A stretch of DNA of 64,000 nucleotides from a virus (taxonomy: Duplodnaviria > Caudoviricetes): IMG/VR virus record IMGVR_UViG_3300036951_000320, positions 8,446 through 72,445 of that record; one strand, 5' to 3'. The notes under the pieces are model-generated. The model was not told where the DNA came from. It saw only the letters and a list, made by a program, of their open reading frames with translations, and searched no databases. A program made the translations under genes and the position numbers. Shown piece after piece: positions 9,089-18,217 of the stretch; positions within the stretch are counted from its first letter, which is position 1, and every line of letters begins with the position of its first letter.

Positions 9089-9568
9089 GAGAAGAACCCA
9101 TGGGCGTTGTCACGATCTACGTTGAAGCGACACTTCAAATGCGACGTGCAAGAGGCGATGAACCCCGGTTCCGACGGAAAGCCTGTGGCGGGGGCAGTGC
9201 TCGCTCAAATGCGGGCAGCGCTTCGCGCACGCCCACCGATCGCAGGCATGCACGAATCATTGCAGTAAACCCTTGCTCGACACAATGCTCGCACCACGCA
9301 AAGGAAACCCCCCAACGCTGCCCCGCAATTGGCCCTTCCTGGCGTTGTCACGTGCCAGACGGCCAACAGAGCCCCAGGTGACTCCCGCTCGCAAACGTGG
9401 GGCATCGTGGGCGACGACTGGCACTTGACGTGATGAAGGCGAAGCTCGATCAAGCGATGGAGATCCTTGCGGCGGTGAAGGTATGCGGTGCAAGCATGAT
9501 CAACTTTTGAGGTGTAGGCACGCCGGAAGAGTATCGCTCCAACCCCGGCGCATGCAAGCGCACGCGGC

Positions 9569-9754
9569 ATGATCCAAATGAAGGAAGATCGAACAATGAA
9601 CGAACCAAAACGCGCTTCCGAACGTCTACATCCCGTGCAATGCTCCCTTTACATGCACCTTCGCAACCCCCTGAACACGAAGCAACACATCTTGACCGGC
9701 GATCGCACCGATAACACCCCGATAGACGCCGACCTCATGGGGAGAACACGGTGA
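9569..9754 (+). CDS. Small hypothetical protein
   Basis: 61-aa ORF with GTGA overlap to the next gene. Confidence 0.4.
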   Translation: MIQMKEDRTMNEPKRASERLHPVQCSLYMHLRNPLNTKQHILTGDRTDNTPIDADLMGRTR

Positions 9755-9945
9755 AACCTCCCCCCGTCAATTGGCCCCTCGTGCAACGCATCATGGAACG
9801 CTCCATTCGAGGCTCACCCCCCACGATCGAAGAATCCTCTTGCCTCGCGTCCGCCTTCGCGCGTGACCCCGAACGCTACGCTTCCCTTCATGAGTTCGTG
9901 CGCCGGACTGCACATGCCGAAGTCAACCCCCTCGCACGCTCATAA
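9751..9945 (+). CDS. Small hypothetical protein
   Basis: 64-aa ORF with GGAG RBS. Confidence 0.45.
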   Translation: MKPPPVNWPLVQRIMERSIRGSPPTIEESSCLASAFARDPERYASLHEFVRRTAHAEVNPLARS

Positions 9946-10042
9946 CGATGAACACAAGCAACGCACAACCCCAAGCAACGCTTGTCCAACCCCCCCTCCC
10001 GCAACGCTTGACCAAGTACGCAAATTGTCTCACCATTGACGA

Positions 10043-10786
10043 ATGAGACGGCGAAAGTGCATCACCCCCGGCGCCGCCGGCGCCCCCCCGCCCCCGACCC
10101 CCCCGGCGTGGCGCCCCCCCGAGCCCCCGGCAAGCCCCGGCCCCGACCCTGGCACGGACGGCGGCGGAGCGGGGCTTGGGCCCTACGCGCGGGCGATGAT
10201 CGACGGGCTCGACCGGGACGCGCTGCGCGCCTCCCGGCTTGGGCGCGGGGAAGGACCCGTGGTGGCGGAGCGGCGCGCCTTCATCGCTCGCTTGCTGAAC
10301 GCGGGCGCCCCTCGCAGTGTGATCGTTGAAGAAGTCATGGAGCGCTATGGTGTCGCCGAGCGCACGGCGGAAAGCGAGATCACGCGCGTCCGCACGGAGA
10401 GGGCGGATCTATTCGAGGCGGAGCGTAAGACGTACAAGGCGGAGCAAGTCGCGCGGCTCCAACGCGATCTCGCCGAAATGCGGGCGTCGAAAGTGAAGCC
10501 GTGGAAGAGCATCGCAAACCACGAAGCCTTGCTCGCGAAGATCACGGGGACGATCGAGCCAACGCATGTCGATGTGAACATGAGCCTTGAGGTGACAAGC
10601 GCTCTCGCGCTGTTCGTTGGGAAAATCGACGCTGACACCTTCGAGCAGATGATCGCGGAGCAACGCGCGATTGAATCCGGCGACCCCCTCGCACTACCGG
10701 CAACGCGAATGGTTGATGATCTCATCGATGGAAAACGATATACGGGGCCGGGTGCCGGGTGGTCCAGCACGTCTCGGGTATCCTAG
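10043..10786 (+). CDS. Putative terminase small subunit (HTH)
   Basis: Pro-rich N-terminus, HTH-like IARLLNAGAPRSVIVEEVMERYGVAERTAESEITRV, coiled coil, and position upstream of TerL. Confidence 0.6.
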   Translation: MRRRKCITPGAAGAPPPPTPPAWRPPEPPASPGPDPGTDGGGAGLGPYARAMIDGLDRDALRASRLGRGEGPVVAERRAFIARLLNAGAPRSVIVEEVMERYGVAERTAESEITRVRTERADLFEAERKTYKAEQVARLQRDLAEMRASKVKPWKSIANHEALLAKITGTIEPTHVDVNMSLEVTSALALFVGKIDADTFEQMIAEQRAIESGDPLALPATRMVDDLIDGKRYTGPGAGWSSTSRVS

Positions 10787-11205
10787 GCGTCGGTGCTGTC
10801 GGTGGTGTCTGCTGTCGGTGACGAACGCTTCGGTGGTGTCTGCTTCGATGTGTCGGTGCTGTCGGTGGTGTCTGCTTCGGTGGTGTCTGCTTCGAGGTTG
10901 CCCTTCGGTGACGGATGCTTCGGTGTGACGGTGCTGTTGGTGTCTGCTTCGGTGACGAACGCTTCGGTGGTGCCCGCTTCGGTGGCGAACGCTTCGGTGT
11001 GCCGGTGCTGTCGGTGGTGAATGCTTCGATGTGTCGGTGCTGTCGGTGCTGTCGGTGCTGTCGGTGGTGGATGCTTCGAGGTTGCCCTTCGGTGACGAAC
11101 GCTTCGGTGACGAATGCTTCGAGGTGTCGGTGCTGTCGGTGGTGGATGCTTCGGTGAGGGGGTCGTCGGTGGTGCCCGCTTCGGTGGTGCCCGCTTCGGT
11201 GGGGA
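10787..11205 (+). repeat. TCGGTG-based minisatellite (about 26 exact and 8 variant cores in 8-16 bp units)
   Basis: Units such as GCTTCGGTGACGAAC, GCTTCGGTGGTGTCT, GCTTCGGTGGTGCCC and GTCGGTGCT, counted by eye. Confidence 0.9.
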
Positions 11206-11290
11206 AGCCAGAGGGGGGAGGGGGCCAGAGGGGGCGATCGTGAGGGGGTGTAGGTGTGGGGGGGCTAGGGGGGGTTTTGGGGGGGCTCTT
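11200..11290 (+). other. G-run tract with G-quadruplex potential
   Basis: At least 8 runs of 4-7 G within about 90 bp. Confidence 0.6.
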
Positions 11291-11391
11291 CGCTTTGGAC
11301 CCCCCCGTGGTTTATGTGAGGCGAAAACGATTAGGGGTGAAAAATTTTGTAGGTAATTTTATTTGGGGGGTGAGGGCGGCATGATGGGGGC

Positions 11392-13017
11392 ATGAGAAGA
11401 CGGCGAGTAATTGAAAGTGCGGGTGGTGTAGACGTGCGTGAAGCGGCTGCGGTGGTAGCCGGGGAGCGGGCGTGGTCGGTGGTGAGGGGGGATTGCATAG
11501 AAGCGATGCGTGCGATGGGGGATAGGAGTGTAGACGCGGTGGTGACGGATCCGCCGGCGGGTATTGAGTTTATGGGGGCGGAGTGGGATCGTTTCAAGTC
11601 GGGTCGTTTGCGGGCGTATTCGAAGGCGCCTTCGGAGGTGAAGGCGACGAGCGGGGGGGGCAAGCCGTATGATGGGCGGCCGGTGTTTGCTCAAGCGGCG
11701 AACAAGCGGTGTGCGGTGTGCGGGTGCTATGCGTTTAGTAGGGATCCTTGTCAGTGTGAAGAGCCGGAGTGGGAAACGGATCATTCGGCGCGTGACACGT
11801 TTGTCGGGTTTATGACGGCTGCGATGCGGGAGGCGTGGCGTGTGTTGAAGCCGGGGGGGTGGATCGTGGTGTGGGCGATTCCGCGCACGGCGCATTGGGC
11901 GGCGTGGTCGATAGAGGAAGCGGGGTTTGAGGTACGTGACGTGGTGGTTCATTTGTTCGGGCAGGGGTTTCCGAAGTCGTTGCGGGTGGATTTGGCGGTG
12001 GGCAAGGCGGCGGGCGGAGCGGGGGAGGTAGTGGGGGAGAAGGAAGTTGCGGTAGATGCGTGGACGGCGGGGGGTCGGGAGCGTATCGAGGCGGGGGAGT
12101 GGGGAAGCTATCGTGTGGACGTGAAGAAGGCGAGCACGGAAGAGGGGAAGAAGTGGGGGGGGTGGGGGACGGCGCTGAAGCCGGCGGCGGAGCATTGGAT
12201 CCTTGCGCGCAAGCCGTTGGGGGTGACGGTTGGGAAAAACGTGCTGAAGTACGGGACAGGGGGATTGAACGTGGATGGGTGCCGAGTTGTGCATGCGTCG
12301 GAAGCTGATTTTGAGGCACACAAGCGAAACGTAGAAGCAATGAAGGCACGGGGCGGGGTACATGGGGAGATCCCGTTCAACGCGTCGGACTTGTCGGGGG
12401 CGAACGATGTGACGGCGGCGGGGAGGTGGCCGACGGACGTGGTGCTTTCGCACGCGGAGGGGTGCGGGGGGGAGGGGTGTGATTCTGATTGTCCGGTGCG
12501 GTTGCTGGACGCTTCGGCGGGGGGTGTCTCGCGGTACTTTCCGACGTTTGGATATGATGTGAATCGATTTTGTTATGCGCCGAAGGCGACAAGTGCGGAG
12601 CGCGAAAAGGGGTGCCGGCATTTGCCTTATCGTTCGCCGGCGGAGCATGTGAAGCGCAAGGCGGGGTCGGCGGGGTTGAATTCACCCCGAGCGGGGGCAG
12701 GGCGGACGCGCGGGGGACGCAATTTTCATCCGACGGTGAAGGGGGGGAAGCTCATGGACTGGCTTGTGCGGCTTGTGACGCCACCCGGTGGGATAGTGCT
12801 TGATCCGTTTGCGGGGTCGGGCTCTACGGGGATTGCGGCGGTGCTTGGGGGGTGGCGTTTCATTGGGGTCGAGGCGAATGAAGAATATGTAAGGATAGCG
12901 CGTGCGAGGATAGCTCACGCATCGAGTGAGGCGGAAGAACGGGAGCGGCGCGAAGCGGCGCTTCGGGAGGCGGCGGAGGTGGAGATCGAAGTGCCAAGCA
13001 ACGGCGGCAAAGGATGA
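11392..13017 (+). CDS. DNA N6-adenine / N4-cytosine methyltransferase (beta class)
   Basis: VVTDPPAG (DPPY variant), RVLKPGG, GQGFPKS, ILARKP, HPTVK, LDPFAGSGSTG. Confidence 0.9.
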   Translation: MRRRRVIESAGGVDVREAAAVVAGERAWSVVRGDCIEAMRAMGDRSVDAVVTDPPAGIEFMGAEWDRFKSGRLRAYSKAPSEVKATSGGGKPYDGRPVFAQAANKRCAVCGCYAFSRDPCQCEEPEWETDHSARDTFVGFMTAAMREAWRVLKPGGWIVVWAIPRTAHWAAWSIEEAGFEVRDVVVHLFGQGFPKSLRVDLAVGKAAGGAGEVVGEKEVAVDAWTAGGRERIEAGEWGSYRVDVKKASTEEGKKWGGWGTALKPAAEHWILARKPLGVTVGKNVLKYGTGGLNVDGCRVVHASEADFEAHKRNVEAMKARGGVHGEIPFNASDLSGANDVTAAGRWPTDVVLSHAEGCGGEGCDSDCPVRLLDASAGGVSRYFPTFGYDVNRFCYAPKATSAEREKGCRHLPYRSPAEHVKRKAGSAGLNSPRAGAGRTRGGRNFHPTVKGGKLMDWLVRLVTPPGGIVLDPFAGSGSTGIAAVLGGWRFIGVEANEEYVRIARARIAHASSEAEERERREAALREAAEVEIEVPSNGGKG

Positions 13018-13484
13018 CGGAGGCGAAGATGGACCTTGATGATTTCGTGCGGGGATGCGAGCGGGCGGAAGCGAACGGATCGCGGGATTTGTTCGGGGTC
13101 GACGGCGACACGGCGAAGGCGGTGGCTGCGATGTGGGAACGATTGGAGATCCGGGACGTGGGGGAGATCGCGGCGGCGTGCCATGACGTGAGGCGGCGGT
13201 TTGCGGAAACGCTCGGGGATGAACGGGTGGTGGAATGGGGAACGCTCCGCATGGGGGGCAAGCAAGCGATCGCGCGAGCGGTCATGCTTGCGCTCCGAGG
13301 TATGACACCGGAAGAGGTTCACACGGCTTGCGTGGCGGAGCGGGGAGCGGCGGGGTGTAAGCCCGATGATCCGGCGATGCGGGCATGGGGAAAGCTCACC
13401 CCGGCGGAGCGTGCTTCGGTGGTGCTTTTCGTGCGGCTGGCGCGGAGCATGGCGATAGCGATCACGGAGGCGAAGCACCTATGA
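13014..13484 (+). CDS. Hypothetical protein, possibly with a degenerate phage RyR-like domain
   Basis: TPEEVHTACVAERGAAG...PAMRAWGKLTPAERASVVLFV resembles the phage RyR pattern. Confidence 0.5.
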   Translation: MTEAKMDLDDFVRGCERAEANGSRDLFGVDGDTAKAVAAMWERLEIRDVGEIAAACHDVRRRFAETLGDERVVEWGTLRMGGKQAIARAVMLALRGMTPEEVHTACVAERGAAGCKPDDPAMRAWGKLTPAERASVVLFVRLARSMAIAITEAKHL

Positions 13485-15112
13485 GCGAAGGGGCGGAAAC
13501 GGAGCAAGCTGCGCTTGTGATGCGCGCTATTGCGCGCAAGGTGGCGTTATCGCGAAAGCATCCGACAGAATTTTTTAATTTCGTTATACGGGAAGAGATA
13601 GGGGAGCGTCGCAAGGTGACGGCGCTCCCGCATCAACGGGTGCTCTTCGATTTTGTGCTCCGATATGAACGGAGCGTGATCCGGATGCCTCCCGGATTTT
13701 CGAAGACGTTCAGCATGGCGTCGCTTACCATGTGGCTCATAGGGACGGACGCTTCGGCGCGCGGTGCAATGATTTCTTCGACGCGCGAGCAAGCGGAGAA
13801 GCCGCTGGGCATGGTCCGCGACTACATCGAACGTCCCGACGAATTCCCGGAGCTTCGGCTTGTGTTCCCGCGACTTCGGCGGAGCCCGAACCCGCACGAT
13901 CCGTGGTCGCAATCGAAGATCACGGTGGATCGCCCGCCGGGCATTCGCGACCCGTCGCTTGTGGCGGTGGGGTATGGCGGAGCGCTTCCGGGGTCGCGCT
14001 TGTCGTGGATCCTTGTGGATGACTTGCTTGACGAAGAGAACACGCGGACCCCGGACGGGCGGAAGGGGGTCAATCGGTGGTTTCTTTCCACGGTTCTATC
14101 ACGTCGTGATGCGACGGGGGCTCGCATTGTAATATGCAACACCCCATGGAGCGATGATAAACAGGCACCGGATCTAACGTTCGCTCTTGAACGGGCGGGG
14201 TGGCCATGTCTTGCGATGAATGCGGAGGGGGACGTGGAGATCATAAATGCTCCGGATTTTGACACGGACGATATACGTCCGAGTGAGAAACCGGGGGAGG
14301 TGTATCGGTTGACGGAGCATGATCCCGATCCCGATGAAGTCATCCCATTATGGCCGGAAAAATACGGGGAAGCGGTGCTCGTGGATATACGCGATGCATA
14401 TAGACATCAACCGCATATTTATGCACAGCTTTACAAGCTGCGCTCGTATGCGCGGGAGGGGTCGCGATGCAAATCGGAATGGATTGAAGCGGCAAAGCGC
14501 ATGGCACAAGCGGAGCATGTATTTGGACCCGTGGTCGAATATCACGGGGACTGGCCAGTGTTCACGGGGATTGACTTAGGGGTTGGCAAATCGGAGGGAA
14601 ACGATAAAACGACGTTCTTCACGTTCGCAATTCGGGAGGATGGGAAGCGAGTGATACTCGATGCGGAATCGGGGCGATTTAGTGGCCCCGAAATCGTTTC
14701 GAAAATACAAGAAAAGCATTTGCGATTTGGCGGAATGTTGCGTGTGGAAAATAACGCAGCACAGGATTATATCCGGCAATTCGCATTAGAAGCTGACATA
14801 GCGCTCCCAATTCGAGCGCATACGACGGGGCAGAATAAGGTAGATCCGAGATTTGGGGTTGAAGGATTATTCCTTGAAATCGCGAATGGTGCGTGGATTA
14901 TACCGTGCGGTCCGAATGGTGAGCTGTCGGAAGGAATTGAACAATGGGTTGAAGAATGCGTGTTTTATCGACCGCCCCCTGCTCACACGGGGGATTTGCT
15001 CATGGCGTCATGGTTTGCGAGGGAGGAAGCGCGGTCGTGTGGGTTCGGGCTCACGACTACGCGCGTTGAACGGTATGATGGGGGGATGATTGCGGGGATA
15101 TTGTCGCGATGA
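13481..15112 (+). CDS. terL: Terminase large subunit
   Basis: Walker A-like MPPGFSKT, Walker B ILVDDLLD, NTPW coupling motif, RuvC-like GIDLGVG, VENNAAQ, HTGDLLMA. Confidence 0.9.
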   Translation: MSEGAETEQAALVMRAIARKVALSRKHPTEFFNFVIREEIGERRKVTALPHQRVLFDFVLRYERSVIRMPPGFSKTFSMASLTMWLIGTDASARGAMISSTREQAEKPLGMVRDYIERPDEFPELRLVFPRLRRSPNPHDPWSQSKITVDRPPGIRDPSLVAVGYGGALPGSRLSWILVDDLLDEENTRTPDGRKGVNRWFLSTVLSRRDATGARIVICNTPWSDDKQAPDLTFALERAGWPCLAMNAEGDVEIINAPDFDTDDIRPSEKPGEVYRLTEHDPDPDEVIPLWPEKYGEAVLVDIRDAYRHQPHIYAQLYKLRSYAREGSRCKSEWIEAAKRMAQAEHVFGPVVEYHGDWPVFTGIDLGVGKSEGNDKTTFFTFAIREDGKRVILDAESGRFSGPEIVSKIQEKHLRFGGMLRVENNAAQDYIRQFALEADIALPIRAHTTGQNKVDPRFGVEGLFLEIANGAWIIPCGPNGELSEGIEQWVEECVFYRPPPAHTGDLLMASWFAREEARSCGFGLTTTRVERYDGGMIAGILSR

Positions 15113-15124
15113 TATGGGTTCATC

Positions 15125-15343
15125 ATGCGGAGGGGGGACCCGATGATCGAGGCGATGGAGGCGGCACGGGAGGCGCTTGACCCGGTAACGCCACCGATCG
15201 AGGCGACGGTTGCGGCGTATCGTGTGGTGAGGCTTGTTCCGGTGCTTGTGGCGGAGCTAGCTTTCCTTCGAGCACAAGCCTTCGTGGCGGGGCGTAAATG
15301 GCTCGTAAAGGCTTCGGGGCGAGGGGGAGGGGCAGAAGGATAG
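15125..15343 (+). CDS. Small hypothetical protein
   Basis: 72-aa ORF after terL. Confidence 0.45.
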   Translation: MRRGDPMIEAMEAAREALDPVTPPIEATVAAYRVVRLVPVLVAELAFLRAQAFVAGRKWLVKASGRGGGAEG

Positions 15344-15372
15344 AGGGAGGGGGGAAAGTGCCGTGGGGGTGC

Positions 15373-15705
15373 CTAGATTTCGTCGAATGCACACGCGCCA
15401 CAGTATCCGTGCATAGCGTGTTGATAGGACGTGTTAACGATCGGCCCGCCACAAGCGCGGCACCGTCCGGAATTTGATTCCTTCGAGGAAGACCGGCGGT
15501 CGTAAGAGGGCTCGGATGCAATGATGGTCGCAAGGCACATCCCATCATCACCTTGCCAGAGGATACGATCGATTTTCTCTGTCTTCACGGTGCCGTCCTT
15601 TTTCGTGACGGTGATTGTGATTCCGGCAAGCAACCGGAACCCACGGACACCCCAATTACCGTTACGGAGTTTCGTGTAGGTGATCAAGTGAGGCGCGTTT
15701 GTCAT
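15373..15705 (-). CDS. Hypothetical protein with a C-terminal CxxC...CxxC
   Basis: MTNAPHLITYTKLRNGNWGVRG...CRACGG...CGACAFDEI; GGGAG RBS followed by A10 before the ATG. Confidence 0.65.
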   Translation of the reverse strand: MTNAPHLITYTKLRNGNWGVRGFRLLAGITITVTKKDGTVKTEKIDRILWQGDDGMCLATIIASEPSYDRRSSSKESNSGRCRACGGPIVNTSYQHAMHGYCGACAFDEI

Positions 15706-15816
15706 TTTTTTTTTTCTCCCTTCTGAATCGAAGTCTCTTGCACGCGCTATGCCACACGAGACACAATCGAAACGGGAGGCACGCCCCGTGCTTTGCAATG
15801 GGGCGGAGGTGAACGA

Positions 15817-16053
15817 ATGCCTACAAATGAAGAACCGAAGGCACGCGTGCGGCGGGAAAGCCAGCTTGCAAAGGCTTTGGGAGCGATGATTGCGAGCGGG
15901 GATCGTGAGCTAGCAGCGTTCGCGTGGGCAAGAATCGACAGGATGATCGGGATAACGGGGAGCATTCTAAGAGCGGCACGAGAACTAGGGATCTCGCATC
16001 GTTCCTTGTGTAGATGGAGGGCGTCGCGTGGTGGTATGACCGAAAAGTCATAG
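15817..16053 (+). CDS. Small Fis-type (HTH_8-like) DNA-binding protein
   Basis: GSILRAARELGISHRSLCRWR; GGAGGT RBS. Confidence 0.75.
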   Translation: MPTNEEPKARVRRESQLAKALGAMIASGDRELAAFAWARIDRMIGITGSILRAARELGISHRSLCRWRASRGGMTEKS

Positions 16054-16223
16054 TGAGCGAACCTCATTATTCCATGGCAGTTTTGAATAAATCGGGGGGT
16101 GCGGGGTGCTTGCCTATGATCCGAAAGTCATAGTAGGGGAAACGAAGCAAAGTGCGTGAATATAAGAGTTTTCGAACGATGCGGGGCGAGCGGGTCGGTT
16201 GACTATGATCCGAAAGTCATAGT
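16035..16223. promoter_or_regulatory. Three operator-like inverted repeats TATGA(C/T)-N6-GTCATA at 16035, 16115 and 16204
   Basis: TATGACCGAAAAGTCATAG, CTATGATCCGAAAGTCATAG and ACTATGATCCGAAAGTCATAGT. Confidence 0.7.
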
Positions 16224-16280
16224 TGGCTCGTTCCCCCCTCCCTTGCATCGGGGCGAAAATATAGGGGCAAGCTTGCCCTA

Positions 16281-16529
16281 ATGATAGGCACGAAGTTTGC
16301 AATCATTCGCTCGCATGGGAATCACCGACGGAGCCTTCCGATTGTTGATGCGCGAAGGGCGGTCATGCGAGCACGCGCTACCTTCGATCGTCGTGCGGGC
16401 GCGTTCGCTCGTGAAGAGCGGGTCGAATCATCGCTTTCGGTGGATCGGCTTGCCGATTATATCGATCGCTTCGTGTGCATTGTCGAAGCCTACGCGGCAC
16501 TCGGGGCGACTCATGTCCAATGGTATTAG
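16281..16529 (+). CDS. Small hypothetical protein
   Basis: 82-aa ORF followed by a terminator hairpin. Confidence 0.5.
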   Translation: MIGTKFAIIRSHGNHRRSLPIVDARRAVMRARATFDRRAGAFAREERVESSLSVDRLADYIDRFVCIVEAYAALGATHVQWY

Positions 16530-16534
16530 GGGAT

Positions 16535-16560
16535 GAAGGGACCGGTCATCCGGTCCCTTC
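16535..16560. terminator. Stem-loop terminator between convergent genes
   Basis: GAAGGGACCGG-TCAT-CCGGTCCCTTC, a perfect 11-bp stem. Confidence 0.75.
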
Positions 16561-16641
16561 GTGGTTTATGGCTCGTGCGGCCCCGGAACCTGCCCTATAA
16601 CGCATTTGTCTTGTCAGGGTGAGGTAAGGGTGGGGGTTATG

Positions 16642-17376
16642 TCAGCGCGGGAAGGGATAGGGGAGGAACGACGATTTGGGGGTGCCTCCGATATACGGGA
16701 AGCATATTGCGGAGCATGGGGTTTTCGAAAACGATAATGGGGGGCATCGAGCATCACGAAGGAAGCAACGCTCAACACAATGCGACAACCGGGCGCGGGT
16801 GGCGGCTTGTTCGTTTTGCTCCCATGTCCGGGTTCCCCTCCGCTTTGCGGATGCAACCTCGTTAGCAAATGCAATCGCATTTGTGGGGGATGGGATATTA
16901 TCGGGTGACACGACTTCCAAACCTTCGTTTGCTGCAAATTCGCATAATTCCCCCGTAATAATATCTCCCGCCCAAATTAGGGCTCCCGAGGGGAGGCGCG
17001 AACCTCGCATTACAATAAAATAATCCGTCGGGGTTGCTCTATCCCATGGATCTACTTTCGAGCATGGAACGGACGTGGGGGGGTTCGGTGGGATTTTTAT
17101 GGAAAGACACTTCGCGACGTTTCTGTCTTTGCACGCAATTGCCGCTTTCTTTCCTGTTTCTTCGAGCAAATACAATTCAATTGCTTCCCATGGTGAACCC
17201 CTCCGTTTCATTTTTTCCGCACGGATAATGGGCTCATATCCAACGATGCTCACTTCGCCGAAGATTGCCCCTGACAGAAGTAGGGCGGGGATTTGCTCGG
17301 AATCGTCGGAGAAGGTGCTACCCGGAGCAACCGGCCCCGACGGTGTGTTGACGTGATTCAATAAAACGTAGGTCAT
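16642..17376 (-). CDS. Hypothetical protein with two copies of a ~65-aa domain also found at the N-terminus of 18804..19454
   Basis: YVLLN...PGSTF...KRRG and FIVMR...AGDII...KRRG; TG-A-TATGAT-N6-ATG upstream. Confidence 0.65.
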   Translation of the reverse strand: MTYVLLNHVNTPSGPVAPGSTFSDDSEQIPALLLSGAIFGEVSIVGYEPIIRAEKMKRRGSPWEAIELYLLEETGKKAAIACKDRNVAKCLSIKIPPNPPTSVPCSKVDPWDRATPTDYFIVMRGSRLPSGALIWAGDIITGELCEFAANEGLEVVSPDNIPSPTNAIAFANEVASAKRRGTRTWEQNEQAATRARLSHCVERCFLRDARCPPLSFSKTPCSAICFPYIGGTPKSSFLPYPFPR

Positions 17377-17499
17377 GATTGGATCATATCACGACCATCT
17401 ATCGGAGCGCGATCGAGTGCGTGGACAACTACTTGCTTTATTGGCAAGCTTGCCCTATATTCGCGTTCGGTTCGTCATGAACTGAAGGGAGTTTTGAAA

Positions 17500-17673
17500 A
17501 TGCAAGCAAGCGGTATCAAAAGAACGGTGAAGACAGAAGAAGAGATCAATGCAATTTGTGAGGCGTTGGCGGCGATGCTACGCAAACGTCTTCGGGAAGC
17601 ACGCAAGGCGGCACGTGAAGGGGGCAAGGTGCGCTTGAATGCTTCGATCATATCCAAGGGGGACACCCCATGA
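17500..17673 (+). CDS. Small basic hypothetical protein (57 aa)
   Basis: AGGGAG RBS; MQASGIKRTVKTEEEINAICEALAAMLRKRLREARK...; ATGA overlap with the next gene. Confidence 0.55.
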   Translation: MQASGIKRTVKTEEEINAICEALAAMLRKRLREARKAAREGGKVRLNASIISKGDTP

Positions 17674-17924
17674 AACAATCGCAGGAAGGGGCAACGAAGG
17701 ACGCGCAACGAAGCATCGTGCGGCATCATGAGATCATGAGCAATGATATCCGCGAACGAGTGACAACGAATGCACCCCCAATAAAACGGCGGCGAACACA
17801 CGCCCCCTTCTCCCCCAAATCGAACGAAGTTGAAGTGAAGCGCCTCCGTCGAAAGGTAGCGGAAATCGAAGCGCGCCTTGAATTGCTTGAAGCTGCATTC
17901 GGTGGTGGGTTCGATATTCCGTGA
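17670..17924 (+). CDS. Hypothetical protein with a C-terminal coiled coil
   Basis: 84-aa ORF. Confidence 0.5.
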   Translation: MKQSQEGATKDAQRSIVRHHEIMSNDIRERVTTNAPPIKRRRTHAPFSPKSNEVEVKRLRRKVAEIEARLELLEAAFGGGFDIP

Positions 17925-17959
17925 TTGTGCGAAAGCCGTTGAACGCGTAGGCTTGCCTC

Positions 17960-18184
17960 ATGAGCAAGTCGAAAATTCCTGTAACAGATTTATCACCTTC
18001 AATAGAAATCGAAGTGCCGGCCGGTGGCGTCAAGCGACGTGTGAAGGTACGAACAATGAATATCGATGAAGGCATGGCTCGCGTTGTCGTGGGGGATGCA
18101 TCACCGGTGGCCCCCGGGGTCCCGAGTGCGGATGCGATCCAAGTGCTCGGGAGCATGGCTCGATCGGCTTTCGGTATGCGTTGA
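17960..18184 (+). CDS. Small hypothetical protein
   Basis: 74 aa; TAGGCT-N6-ATG upstream. Confidence 0.55.
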   Translation: MSKSKIPVTDLSPSIEIEVPAGGVKRRVKVRTMNIDEGMARVVVGDASPVAPGVPSADAIQVLGSMARSAFGMR

Positions 18185-18198
18185 ACACGTGTTTTCGT
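18179..18198. promoter_or_regulatory. Degenerate copy of the palindrome (CGTTGAACACGTGTTTTCGT)
   Basis: AACACGTGTT core with a 6/7 right arm; overlaps a stop codon. Confidence 0.4.
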
Positions 18199-18217
18199 TG
18201 TGACGGGAGGGTAAACA

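Noticed and set aside
10787-11205. Repeat array as a CRISPR or other guide-RNA array
   Set aside because: Units are 8-16 bp, the intervening sequences are themselves repetitive rather than unique spacers, and no cas or other effector gene is nearby
10671-11356. ORFs across the minisatellite (CRCCRW, VSASV repeats)
   Set aside because: Translations of repeat DNA in several frames with no RBS or protein-like character
11359-12918. Long minus-strand ORFs opposite the methyltransferase (e.g. 11359..12648)
   Set aside because: Pro/Arg/His-rich shadows of the G-skewed coding strand
15740-15760. Sigma54 (-24/-12) promoter near the HTH island
   Set aside because: GG-to-GC spacing is 8 nt rather than the required 10; other TGGCAC sites checked also failed
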